A stretch of DNA of 63,662 nucleotides, the filler included, from Klebsormidium nitens (lineage: Eukaryota; Plantae; Klebsormidiophyceae): assembly GCA_000708835.1 (NCBI GenBank). It is 6 parts of 6 records of this genome, joined end to end, with 100 filler letters (N's around TTAATTAATTAA, not from the genome) between each part and the next. Parts side by side here need not be neighbours in the genome. Positions count along the whole stretch, not along the records: positions 9,946 to 12,537 come from DF238270.1; positions 12,638 to 42,148 come from DF237783.1; 4 more parts are not named here. One strand, 5' to 3'. Positions 9,946-22,430 of the stretch are shown here, piece after piece. The position numbers and the translations under genes were made by a program. Positions within the stretch are counted from its first letter, which is position 1. Each line of letters begins with the position of its first letter. The notes under the pieces were generated by a model. That model was not told the origin of the DNA. It saw nothing but the letters and a program-made list of their open reading frames with translations, and searched no databases.

Positions 9946-12464
9946 CAAGGCGGAGCTGGCAACGCATCAGGCGGCCTTCCAGCGCTCCCCGTATGCGATC
10001 GTCTTGAGCGAGGAGACATGGCGCCGGGCGAGCCTCGACTTCTTCAAGCTGGTTGGGCTGGGGCTTCGGGATTGCTGCTCGTTGTGTGGGCCCCATCCAA
10101 AGGTAAGCCACATGGCTTGCCCATGCGGAAGACGGGAGGTCACAAGATTCTTCTGTCTATCGTGTCCTTGCTGTCTGTCATTTTGTGACCGTGAGAGACA
10201 TGCCTTCAGTGTACATTCTTCCATAATCAATGTACATTTGCTGATAATTTGTGTACATTCAATGACATCCGTGTACATCGAACAATATTCGATGAATGTC
10301 AAACCCTTAATTCAGTGGTCAATTTGCATATCATTGGCTCGACATATTCGTTGACCTACCCGGCACAAAATGGGCTCCTTTGCCAGGTCCTCATCTGCGA
10401 CGGCATTGTTGGCCTTGCCAGCGCGGACGGCGCGCAGAAGCCTGGAGGGCTCGGGAGCTCCTTGCTTGATGCGCGACGGACGTTTGTCCATCCCAGTCGG
10501 CACGCGTCCGGAGCGCTTCTTGAGAAGCGATCAATTTCGGGGCGCGACTATTGTGGAGCCGGCCTCGAGGGGGGAGGTTTGAAGCGCAAGCTTCTGTTGC
10601 AGCCGGAGATACGAGAGGCGATTGCGCGCCTCTCGCAGCACCGCCCCAAAGACGAGAAGGTCGGGGAACGGCTGTCAAGGGCGGAGTTCGAGGCGCTGTT
10701 GGCCGGGCTGGCTCACGAGGACCCCCAGATTGTGAAGCGCTTTGGGCCGGGCGAGGCGGAGGGGCCACTTGCGGAAGATGGCAGGAGGCGCCTCCTTGTC
10801 GAGCAGCGGACGATGGTGCTGGATCGCAATCGGGCCGTGTTCGAGTTGCTGACCGGGATCCAAGCCGAGTTCGAGAGGCGAGGGTTGAGCGCAAACCTTT
10901 GGGAGCACTGGGTCGGCGAATGGACAGATCTCCTCTATTCCCTCGGCGCGCACGATTCGGACGAGGACCTAGTTGGCAGTAAGGCGTTGCACGTGGTCCG
11001 GAGGCTGCTGCTAGGCGGCGAGGCAACCCTTGAGGACCGGCGGGACTTGGCAAGGGACGCGCCCATCTTGCGGCGCATCCTGGACGCGTACGGCGGCCTC
11101 GCGTTTCCCGCCTTCTTCACGCGCACCCTGTACCATCTCTACTTGCTTGCTCTCCTGGCTCGGGGTGCGACAGGTTTTGAAGTCGAGGGGCGGCGGGGCT
11201 GGGTTCATGAGGCAATCGACCCGTTCGACCAAGCGGTCGACCTTCTTGCGGAGGCCCGGGGGCGTCCCCTGAGCATCGAGGAACGACGGCAGCTCGACGA
11301 GGCACGAGGTCTGGCAAACGAGCTGCTTCCCGGGGTTGAGAGGTTGGAGCCAAGCCCCGAGCAGTGGGAACGGATGATCGCAGCCGAGCGGTTGCTTCTC
11401 AGGGAGCGGTTGGGAAGGGACGAGAGTGGGGCGGAGCGCCCTCCGCTGCCAACGGGGCACAGCTTCCGAGCGGAGCAGGACGCGCTGGCGTGCTATACCC
11501 TTCCAGGGTGGGAGCAAAAGCGCGGCTTGCCGTGGTACAGCTCGTTTGAGCATCCGGACGGCCGTAGCCGAACCTCAGAAGAGTTCAAGTGCGCAACAGG
11601 GAAGACGGTGACCGAATGGGACGCCGAACACGTTCCCGGACTTGTCAAGGGCGCCGGAAAGCTCTCGGGAAAGAAGAGGAGTGCGAGCAAGCGGCCTAAG
11701 AGGACTCGAGGAGCGTTCGTTTTCTGTTGTCCCCATCGGGTCATTTACGGCTATCACATAATGCTTCGCGGCGAGTCTCCTCGGGACGCATTCGCCGTGC
11801 TCTTTACGCGGCTGAGACGAGAGGACCTGCCTGACGTGCTGGTGCACGACAATGCCTGTGCGCTGCGCAACTACTGCATGCGCAGGGCACCGGCGCACTT
11901 TGCCAACGTTCGGTTTGTCGTCGACAGGTGCGCGTCACTTTTACATCATCGCACATGGTTCGACAATCCGTGTGAAGTCTTGTTTGCAGTGGCCGTCGTT
12001 GTTGGGCATTGAGTAGAGATTGTAGTGTACATCATCTGGTATTGTGTGTACATTGAGAGTCATTTTGCTGTTGGAACGGTGTCAAGAGCTGTGATTTTTG
12101 ATTCAAAACATGTACATTGGGTATTCTTCTAAAAATGTGAACTGATGTACACCTTTCCGTTGACAGGTTTCATTTCTCAAAGGCCGGGCAGGAGGTACAC
12201 AAGTGCGGCCCCTCAAATTGCCCAGACAGTTATCCGTCGCTCCACTGGATAAACACTAGTGCGGTGGAGTCGGTGAACTCCTTTCTGAAGGGGTTCAGGA
12301 GTCTGGGGTGGTACTCGGGGCTCGAGAGCTTCATGGTGATCCTGCCCCTCCTCCTGAGAGGCTACAATAGCTCTTTGAAGCGCGTCGACGACGCCAAACT
12401 TAGCATCGCCCTTGCAGCGGTTGTGTGGACGGTGGGGGTGCGCGCTCGATTGTTGCACGGATGA
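9946..12464 (+). CDS. KDZ (Kyakuja-Dileera-Zisupton)-type transposase, 5'-truncated; exons 9946-10102, 10387-11927, 12167-12464
   Basis: Splicing at GT-AG sites gives CSLCGPHPK|VLICDG, GAFVFCCPHRVIYG, HDNACALRNYCMRRAP, FVVDR|FH...HKC and NTSAVESVNSFL, matching KDZ transposase motifs. Confidence 0.82.
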
Positions 12465-12537
12465 TTTGGTGCCGCCTTGGTGTTGATTGGGCTCCATTCA
12501 GTGGCGATACACACGTTAATACACAAATTCGAGCAGT

Positions 12538-12637
12538 NNNNNNNNNNNNNNNNNNNNNNNNNNNNNNNNNNNNNNNNNNNNTTAATTAATTAANNNNNNN
12601 NNNNNNNNNNNNNNNNNNNNNNNNNNNNNNNNNNNNN
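12538..12637. other. Artificial contig spacer
   Basis: N44-TTAATTAATTAA-N44. Confidence 0.97.
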
Positions 12638-14857
12638 GTCCAACCGTCACACGTCGACTAGATAAGGGACAGAACTAGCGTGCAGCTGCAGCTGGGACTC
12701 ACGCCGCGGAGCAACAACTGAGGGGCAGCAGTCTCGTGAGGTCACTGCCATCAATCACATTTAAATTCCCCACTGGGCTTTTGCCGGTTGCCCGGACGGA
12801 TTCACTAAGTGAGAGTTCGGTTCGAAATGCGAGCACGAGGAGGGCACGAGGCGTCCTCCCTAGCGTGGCTGGATGCGATTGCAAAGCGGTCCTAGTGTCT
12901 CAGGCGTGTGCTACATCAGTGTACGTTGGCGTTCGTCCGTAAGAAGAGCCGGCGACTTCAAGCTAAACGACGTTGTGCCACTGAGCGCCAAGGTACAGCT
13001 ACTGTAAGCTTAATAACAAGTGACGTGCTCGTGGCTTGGATCTTTGAATCGACGTCTTATCGACCGGTACGTGCTCAGCTAGCGCGCGCTAGTGACCTCG
13101 AGTCGGGCAGGCGGGAGCTGCGGGACGCGTCTCAAACCCCGTTGCGGATATATGGTAGTACCACGTGAACCACGAGGGCTAGTTCAGAGCCCGACAAGTG
13201 GCACTCCCGATGCTTGACCTGGCGAGACGATGGTGTCGACTGTCGAATTGACCCCATAGGACTATGTGCTCTGACTCTGAGTCTGGCCATTATATTGGAG
13301 GCTAGATTTCCAGCTGGTTGGCAGATACCGATGACGCTATGCTCCATGGCGGCGGTTACGGCGAGCTCTGTCTGGCATCCGCATGTGCTACATTCAGGTT
13401 CTTCTGCAAGAGGCAGTAGTATCACGTGCAATTTGAGCAATGAGCTTGTAGCCACCTTTGGGCTTCGACACTATGAAAGGAGCAATGCAGTTAATGCCAG
13501 AAAAGAGAAACAGGTTGGAAAGCTCAGTGGCATTGACTTTCTACCATTGAAACGAGGTTACAACAGCAACGTTAAGCGTGTTCGTCAGGGGTCGGGGTTT
13601 TGTGCCGCTGGGGCTGGTGGACCAAGTTCGAACACAGCAGAATCAGATACAAAAGCATTGGAGGCCATTAGAGACGGAGCTGTGAGTTCTATGCCTGTGT
13701 GTGCCGTTAGATTGCATTTCTTGTTGAAGATCCCTGTGAGAATGTGTTTGCCATCATTATTCAAGATTGAAGTGTGCAGAACACAGATATTGGCTAAAAC
13801 CACGATCCATGGAGCACACTGAGAAACCTTGGTCACTTGGCTTCTGCCATGTTAGGTTGTTCAACTTGCAGTTCAGTCATTGAATCTGCACAGCTTGAAC
13901 GGACTGTCTGCCAACCTCGCTATAAATAACTGCTCATCTATATACCTCCCTCTGGCGTCAATACCATCACAAGAAGTAAGCAATCAGCATTGTCTTATTG
14001 GCAAATAAGGAGTCGGCTAAGGTCTTGCTTAGGAGCACGTTGGCAAGCTTAACCTATCTGGCATTGTATCTTACATGCCACCAACCTTTCTGAGGAACTT
14101 GTATGCCCCACAAGAATGTCAATCTTCTGAGCTTGGGAAGGTAGACTTTCACCAACCCTGAGTATGTCCTCTGCAGAGTGCCCTTGCCGCTTTGGACGCG
14201 GGGTTTCTCAAGACCTTGCCACAAGATCTACAAGCAGACGTAAGCAGACATCCCCTGAGTGCACAGAACGCTTTGCATATGAACAACGGTGCAGCGGGCT
14301 TGTTAGATTTCTGCCTTGATCTTGTTGATGGTCAGCTTCAGCTCAGCGTGTTTGTTTCCACACTCCTAGTTACTTTAACCGCATCTGGATTGCCTATTTG
14401 CAGCTTTTGACGGCATGCTTGCATTGCCTTCCTTTGGACCATGTGGTACGTAGTCTTGCCCTTTCCTTGGACCACCTATAGAACTGCAAGTCTTCATTTT
14501 CCTTCATCCATACTGATGCCTGCCTGAGTATACTGGGATGCCTCTGCGCAGGCGAAATACTCAGGATTCCAATTAGCCAACGGTCCCCTTGACAGGGAGG
14601 TGAGCCTTCCGGACCCACCACGTACTCTGTCAGCCTCAGGCATTGCAATCAGGTAAAGAGCTAGTGCAATTCGAGGAAACTAAACTTATTTTCCTGTGCT
14701 GTACTCGACTCTGAGATTGTGTTAGGTTGATGGGTGAGCCTTCGTTTGTGGATAGAGTCCACTGAAGTGCGCCACCCCGTGCTTGCAAGTCCTTATCGTC
14801 CTGACCAGATTGGGTCCTTAGTGTGCTATAGTGCACATCCAAACACATGTCATGCAG

Positions 14858-15063
14858 GTAGGAGACGCCGCAGCGCAGGTCCTGGGCAACCTGGGTCGTG
14901 CCTTTGAGGCCCTCGACGTGAAAGCCGCCGCTGCTGCGGCTGGGAAGCTTGAGGGCGCCGCCCGCGCGTTGCCTGCTGGCAGCAGCCAGCGAGCAAGGCT
15001 AGGACAGCGCCTCACGGCTTTTGCTGGGCCCCTCAGAAGCGGAGACAAACAGGAGCTCAAAAA
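14858..15063 (+). CDS. Possible isolated exon of an unknown or decayed host gene (GDAAAQVLGNLGRAFEALDV...KQELKK)
   Basis: GC-rich, Ala-rich open frame bounded by TGCAG acceptor and AAG|GTCAGT donor; no recognisable family. Confidence 0.25.
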
Positions 15064-18000
15064 GGTCAGTCCGCCTTCTAACAACGTGGCTTCCTTCGAT
15101 AGATCCACCTCACCTCGACTACCACAAATGGTTGTTGGCGCAGTTGGCATCTATCTACTCCTCCACGTTGACTGGACAAGCCTCTTGAAGTTGTCATGTC
15201 CGAGGTGGGACACCATGCATGGGCTCCTAGATGGACTCCGTTACGCCAACTGCTGCGGTACATACCTTCTGCAATCCAGACGCAAGATTCTGCTGGAATG
15301 GTCTGTGTATCTGCATCTGCTACACGGCTGCAAGCTTGGTCCTGAAACCCGGGGGTCCATGTCTTATATCCTCGTGACATGCTAGCCACCCTCGAGACAG
15401 GGAAGCCGTTAATTGCTTTATGAAAGTTGTCCCGCTATGCAACCGGGGTAAGCAGGAAGGCCCGATCGTTTATTGAATATAGAGCTGCTTGAGTACCGTT
15501 GATCGCCTAGAATAGTTTATTCTGACGGAGAAGGTAGGTTGAGCAAAGGTTCACGTTCCGCTTGCCAGCTAGGACGTGAATCTTGAGAAGGTTGAGAGGT
15601 CGTGCACCCTTGAGATTTCTGAAGCGGCTGATGTAGCTTGTTCATGAAGGTTGCCAACGCGTTGTCAACGGCGGGCCAGCTACTGGCTGCGGGCGCTGAG
15701 CAGAAGCCTGTCCCCGATGCTCCCCAGGAAACGCAGGTCAGCAGCCTCGCCTAGAATCTCCAAAGGAAGCACTCTGAAGATTAGCCGCCCACAACTCTCT
15801 AGGTCGTGCTGCGGAAGAGCTATGCTGAGTTCCCTGCGTTTCTCATCTCGAGATTGCAGTTATGTTCATAACCACCCACGTTGAGCAAGCCTTTCAAATT
15901 CCACACTGTTTTTGCATCGTACGCTACTTTCAATGTGTTCACATACTAGTGTCAGACAGCTCGTGCAGTACTCTTTTCGTGACTTCTGCTTGGACCGCAA
16001 CGCTCACAATAAGTCGTTGCCTTTGGAAACCGTCTCCAGGTTTCCTGACGCAGTGTTTGCTGTCTGTGCAGTCTACGGGAGCGTTGCAAGGCGTGTCGCC
16101 CGTGTTTGTGGGCCTAGGAGTCGCAGCCGCCCTCCTGTGAGTGGCCACCCTCGAGATCGCCGTTGCTCATAAGGCTCCTTGTCCTCTTCATGTGCTGACT
16201 TGTGTTTGGATCGACACAAATCCTTAAACAACCTCCCGCTGCTTTTGATAGGGCGTGTTATGTAGCAGGACTTTGCGAACTCCCGGTCCAACAGAGGTTT
16301 GAGTTTGTTTCTGCGGCCCATATGTGCCCGGCAAGAAGCGCAAGGCTCGCAGCACTTGAACGCGTAAGAGCAGAGCTTGTTCGTTGTAGCGGGTGTCCTA
16401 CCAAAATCGCGTCGTCCTTGCATTGGTAGGCTTGTGATGCGACATGTTCGACCTCAAATGCGCGCTTATTGTATTCGAAACGCACTGCTGAATGAGGTGT
16501 AGAAGCAAACTTTCCGACTCCGGGCCCAGCTCCGTTGACTCTCGCTCATTGTCCCCGCTCATGCTGCAGGGTCGTCTTTGCGCAGCTGGCCACGAGATCC
16601 TAGTGCTGACGCCCGGAGTTTGTGTCAAAGTAGGAAAGGCGCTCCTCGATGTTCCAATCTCCCATCAAAGCTTTCACTCAAATGTTGTCCATTGCGAGTT
16701 GCCCATTGCGAGTTGCCCGTGATACTCTTGTATCTCATTTTGGAGATCTTGGATCTTTCCGCCAAGAGGCATGCTTTTTTTCCACTGTGTCCTCCGTTTT
16801 TGCAAATGCCCACTTGGAAATGCGTCAGAGTCGTGCTTGCCTTCTTGTGCAGCGGTTCAAGTTCGGCCCACAGACGGGTTTACAAGAAGAGTTGATAAGG
16901 CACAACAGACGTTCGCCGTTTGCGCACTGGTGATCCTCGTTCAAGTTTTGGCTATCCTGCGATGCTAAGCGGACCCATTGGATTGTGCGAGCTCTGACAT
17001 GCTTGGATCAGGCCGTTGCTCGATTCGCTGAGCAGTATATTAATTGTGTTTGAAGGCTTTGCTGGGAAAAAGCGCCGGTTAGATGGCAGTTTTGCTGATT
17101 ATCTTCTTTGATCGCACACAATTGAAGTAGGTTGGGCTAGGTTTTTTAAGTTACTGTGTGCCCCTAATCATATGCTAGAGGAAGACAATCTGTAGCGCAG
17201 ATCGGAAGACTTGACGTACCGGAGACCGCTGCAGAAGGCTGCCGCAAAATAAGTTTGCGGCCGGCCCACTAATGTGGAAGCTCACAGCCCAAGAGCGTAC
17301 TTAGAGTATAAGTCTGCAGGCTGCGTGTCGTACGTTCTCAGATCTGCATGTCACCATCTTATTCTGTACATGTGAGGCAATACATCAAGGAGATTAGAGG
17401 CAAGCATGATATCTTAGCTTCTGACCTAGGCCGCCCATACGCAATTTGATGCTTCGCTTGCAAGTTTCTTGCACGACTTAGAGCTCCGTATTTGCACTGC
17501 ATCTCTCCATGACAACGCACAGAAAGAGTGAGATGCGCATGCAGACGCGGGCGCGATGTACATGCAAAGCTCATATGGAAACAAGAGACCCGACGATGTA
17601 CGGCAGCGACAAGGGCCCCCTCTTCCATGCCTTTGAGGCTCTGCGCACTCAGAAGAAGCTGTACGAGGCCCCAAGGCAAAGACCATGCCACAAAAATTCT
17701 GGCCGTCGCTTAAGGACAAAGTATATGACGACACCCACCGCAAGGACCGCGCCTGCAAGCATGAGCGCAGCATATGGCGGGGGCCAGCCATAAGTCAAAC
17801 GGTAGATCTTCGTTTTCTAGTGCGTCTGAGACGACGAGAATTAAGATAGATGCTGCAGGAACAATAAATTAGAGTGCTTCTAGACTCCGGACAAAATACG
17901 GCCAGGAAAGTGGAACAATCCCAATTTGATGTTGTATGCTTATGCGAGGCCGTCAGATCCCTGATTGCGTGCTGACTGCACAGGTGATTTACTATCCTGC

Positions 18001-18770
18001 AGGGATCGAGAAAGGAGAAAGACGGACCAGCTTCACGGAATGCTAAAGCAAAAGTCGTGCATGTATTGTAGCGCCCTTTCTGACCGCTTCTTCTCTCCTT
18101 CCCCGTGGCTGCATCCCAACTTCCTGGACTGAGGCTGGGGCTTTCAACTTACCGGGGGGTCCACTCACTGCCTCTGGCTGCGAGGTCATCAAGATGATTG
18201 CGTTCAGTGACTATGCCTCGAACCTTGTCTTGCTTACCGAACCCAGCAAGATGAATCCACCTGGAGGGGCCAGCTCAGCCCAGCTGGCTGCACCGGGCCT
18301 GGCTGCAGTCATTGCAGTGCCCGGTTCCGACGTCAGACTCGGAATTGGTGAATGGTGACGGGATGGTCTCTGGTCGGGAGACGGGACACGGAGACACGGA
18401 GCATTGAATGCTTTCAATGATGATGCCACCACGATGATGCAATTGTTATGATGACAGTTATGGCAGGAATCTTGCTCGTGACCCGAGTCACCCGACGCGG
18501 GCGGCGGGGCCAATGCATGCAGGGCCGATCGTTTCGGCATGTATGGACCATTGTTTACGACGCCACCTAACAGTCCCAGCCTCCACTGGGTGATCAAGTG
18601 GGCGAGCTCTGATAATTGATTGTTCCGGCTGGGATTCGAGTCAATCCCAGAGCGTCAGAGAAGCTGACCTGTCAATGGGAACTGCAGATCCAGGTCACAT
18701 GCAGGCATGCCTGATTGCGAGGCTGCACATAGTCACTGCATATAAGCAGTCACGAGGGCAATGCAAGGGT

Positions 18771-18844
18771 AGTGCACCAGTGCCACACTGCAATCAGTGC
18801 ACCAGTGCACCAGTCGCCTCGATCGCCCAGTAACGAGTATAAAT
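18771..18844 (+). promoter_or_regulatory. Putative promoter of the secreted-protein gene: three AGTGCACCAGT motifs plus TATAAAT (18838-18844)
   Basis: TATA box upstream of a CT-rich leader, a GTGAGT donor (19056) and a GCTAAC...TTGCAG acceptor (19590) just before ATG 19604. Confidence 0.5.
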
Positions 18845-19166
18845 TAGCTCACGCATTGCCGCTTCACTTCTGTCAAAACATGTGAAGTAATTCAGCCCCG
18901 ATTTCGAAAGCCTCCACTCTTCTCAGCAACACTATCCTTTCTCTTCTTGCAACACAGCTCTAAAGCAACAAAGCAACCATCCGTCCCTGGACCGCGTGCT
19001 GACATCTCCGCCCACGTCTCCACCTTTCGGACTCGTTGCCACTTTGTAAGAAACGGTGAGTTTACTTTCAATTCTTGGGCAAGGCTTGTGTGTTGCACTT
19101 TGCACTGGTTTTGATCGAGGGTGATGGCTGAGGACAGCTCTTTGGTTGTTGCTGCTAAATGGTCTT

Positions 19167-19248
19167 ACTCTCTTTCGTCAGGACCAGTAGTACTTCAGTA
19201 GTGGCATACTCTCTTTGGTCAGGACCAGTAGTGCTCCAGTAGTGGCAG
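19167..19248 (+). repeat. Two 41-bp tandem copies inside the 5'-UTR intron
   Basis: ACTCTCTTT(C/G)GTCAGGACCAGTAGT(A/G)CT(T/C)CAGTAGTGGCA x2. Confidence 0.8.
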
Positions 19249-19603
19249 TAGGCAAAATATTGAGCTTGCGTTGTCTGGCCTTTTGCTCGGGCTGAGCTTG
19301 TCTGGTAGATGTATAGTAGCACTAAACTGATAAACTCTCCCACACAATACAACACAATGAGTGCAGCTAGGGAATCGTCAAGCGTTTGAAAGCTCACTGG
19401 GTTGGAAGTTTGCGCCGAGTCTGCCCATCCGATTGTTGTCTGCTATCGAATCTTACATTGGAGGTTTTCAGATTAAGTGCCTTTCTGAACATGTGTCGTG
19501 TTGGTTCGAAATGTACACCTGATTAGTTTTCAGCCTGCAAGACAAACTTTACTACCTGTCAGGCTAACCTGCACTTGTTTCATCTTGCAGTTCAACTCCC
19601 GAC

Positions 19604-20140
19604 ATGAAGTCGACTGCTGCAGTCGTCGCACTTTGTGCTCTCCTGTGCCTTGCCACAGTCTCTGCCCAAGACAGCAACCCCACCAAGGGAGTTATCTTCA
19701 CGGGCGTTGATGGCAGCACGTACTCGATGGACATCACCAGCTTCACCAACACGCCTGGACTGACGGCGAATGGCATGTGCACGGGGAAAGACGCGGCCGG
19801 AACTGTCATCCCCTCAACGGCCTGCTCCTCTCCGGTCAATTCCATCAACGGCGAGGACCCCCCCACCGGCGGCCGCAAGCTGATGCAGAACACGGCTGCT
19901 GGCTGCGGCATCCTCAACCTGGTCCTTGGCCCTCTGAACCTCAACCTCCTGGGCCTGCTTGTTCAGATCCCCAATGCGGTGACCGTGGTCATCACCGCCG
20001 TGCCGGGGGGAGGTGCACTGCTGGGCAACCTGCTGTGCGCTGTCACAAATCTGTTGAACGGGACTGGTCCTGTCAGCTTGATCGGCCTGACTAACCTACT
20101 CAACACAATTTTGGCCACGTTGGCGGGATTGGGATTGTAA
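19604..20140 (+). CDS. Secreted protein, 178 aa: signal peptide, RKLMQ putative processing site, Leu-rich C-terminal domain
   Basis: MKSTAAVVALCALLCLATVSA-Q signal peptide; GC3-rich codons; C-terminal GCGILNLVLGPLNLNLLGL...LLGNLLCAVTNLL. Confidence 0.88.
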   Translation: MKSTAAVVALCALLCLATVSAQDSNPTKGVIFTGVDGSTYSMDITSFTNTPGLTANGMCTGKDAAGTVIPSTACSSPVNSINGEDPPTGGRKLMQNTAAGCGILNLVLGPLNLNLLGLLVQIPNAVTVVITAVPGGGALLGNLLCAVTNLLNGTGPVSLIGLTNLLNTILATLAGLGL

Positions 20141-21129
20141 GATATTCTAGAGACGTTGTAAATCTAGCACGCCAAACATGTACCTTTTAAAGATGTAAAG
20201 GCATAGCAATTCGTGGTGACTAGCTAGTTCAGCATGCGAATAGCAATTTTGAAGAGAGTGAGGAAATTTGCGTAAATACATACAGAACAGTTGGTCGCAT
20301 TCTGAAAAACGTTGGCAAAGCAAGAACAGGTCATTGTACTCTACTCAAACCTTCATGGGGCAGATATTGATGGATCCGTTATTATTGCGTTAATGATGCG
20401 AAATCATCGGCCAAGCATAGGAATGTGATTACCATTTTTCTCGAATGGAATCAAATCAAAATTCCCGAAAAACCAACGTTCGGTGAAAATTGACATTAGT
20501 ATATTCACATCCCATGATCATGGTGATCCCATGATCTAGTGTATCGATACCATGATCAAGGACATTACGGGTGCAATATTGATATCGATACACTACATAA
20601 GGTGCACATTCATAAGCGTCTCGTCCAGAAGAATAAGGTATGCCATGCCATGATTACACTTACTGAGAAGAAAGGAAATAAATTGTACGGTTGGCAACAA
20701 ATCATGAACTACAACATGCTGCCAGTTGCCAAGTGCATGAAATGAACCATGTGTCCAGGCAAAATTGAATATAACGTTGACCCTTTTCGAACGACGACAA
20801 TTAAATCTGGAGACTGTTCAATTTCCTTGACACATTCGACAAATTGACAAAGCTATATATAAGCAACAAATCAGATTGAGTCTTTAACTACAATCACAGA
20901 ATTCCTACATGTTAACACAAATGGTCAGGTTGCTCGAAATGCTGGGACTACTCTGCTGCCCTTGGGTGGTGGGTTGCCGCCAGCAACCGAGACGTAGAAG
21001 GCGAAAAGGGCCATCAACAGGGCCATCAAATGCTGCAGAGATACAGAGCAAGGATCGATGAGCAGCCCCCCGATGTGCATGCAAGGAGCAACTGTAATCC
21101 GGAAGCCTCGCATGCAAGGAGCAACTGTA

Positions 21130-21393
21130 AGACTGGTGCGCCCAATTTCGGACGATTGTAATTTCGGACGGGCAAACCCGAAATCTAATCTCGGACTATC
21201 TGAACCAGTCTGCGGCTGCACACGCGCGTGTGTAACGCTGTCGCGCGTGGCTCGTCTCCCAATAGTACTTTTAAAGGCGCCGTCGAGAACCGACGCGCAC
21301 GAGCAGCCGCAGACCAGGTTAACTGAGTCCGAGATTAGATTTCGGGTCTGCCCGTCCGAATTCAAAATCGTCCGGAATTGGGCGCACCAGTCT
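21130..21393. mobile_element. MITE with ~90-bp terminal inverted repeats and probable TA target-site duplication
   Basis: AGACTGGTGCGCCCAATT...CTGCGGCTGC is mirrored by GCAGCCGCAGA...AATTGGGCGCACCAGTCT; TA on both sides; no ORF. Confidence 0.85.
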
Positions 21394-22430
21394 TACATGA
21401 TCCAGATGGGATGAAGCGGAAAACGAAGAGACAACTTTACTGCTCATCATGTGCTTCGCATGTGACAGGTTGCCTTCGTACGGGGGAGCACACTTCAATG
21501 AGAGCTTTGGACAGACGAGCATCTCACCTTGCGAGAGCTGTTAAGCCATAAGGAAGGAACGGTGCTCCCTGCGCACGCGGTACAGCCGCTTACTTCTGTG
21601 CCACTTAAGTCCTATCAATCAAGGGTCTTGCTAAAGATCTGCTCAGGTCTATTTACAAATCCAGCAACTCCGACAAGGAGAGCGGAGCAGATGAGAACAG
21701 ATTCGTATTCTCTCGTCCATCGCTTCTGACTTTACCGCTGCAAATGTGCGTCCTTATGTGACTGTCAAGAAGACGGCGATACCTAGTTTGAGTAGTCAAT
21801 AGGGGCCAATCAAAACGCTGTCGAGACACCTTCAACGTCTTTCGGGTGACGAGCAGAAGCGGTTTATATGGAAGGTGAATGAAGATCCAAGGGAGAAGAC
21901 GGAGAAAATGCTGGAATCCTCAACATGTATCTCGCTGTCCAGAAGCCCTCTATTTACAGGGTCATGTGCGTTTCTCCTGCCTGCTCGTCATCAGGAAGGC
22001 AGACCGCTTTACCGGCACAGGCAGCGCAAGCTCTTTCTCGTGCCTTCTTGTCCTCACACCCAGCGCTTTCCATCCTTCGCCGAGCCGACGCCTACACGTA
22101 GAAGAGCGGGCAGCTCTGAACCCGAGAAAGAGGCTTCGGCAATTGCTTCAGCTGCAGACCCTTGGAGACCGACGAGATCATCCCGCTTGTATCGCACGCG
22201 TTCGTCTGCAGAGGAGCGCAACAGAATATGGCTTCAAGAATTTTGGGACGCGATTCAAACTTATGCGCAGCACCGGAGTGGACCGTCATCACAAAAGAGG
22301 AACATGTTCAGAATGCAAAGTGTAATGGAAGATACATCCATATTCGCAATGCAGGCATTAATGAAAGACGGCTGCAAACAAGTCCACAATCATGTAAACA
22401 CAAGAGGAGAGAAACGCACGCAGTGCTGCT

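Noticed and set aside
12638-18700. Many short ORFs in the first 6 kb of contig D
   Set aside because: No coherent spliced model or domain could be supported beyond one possible exon
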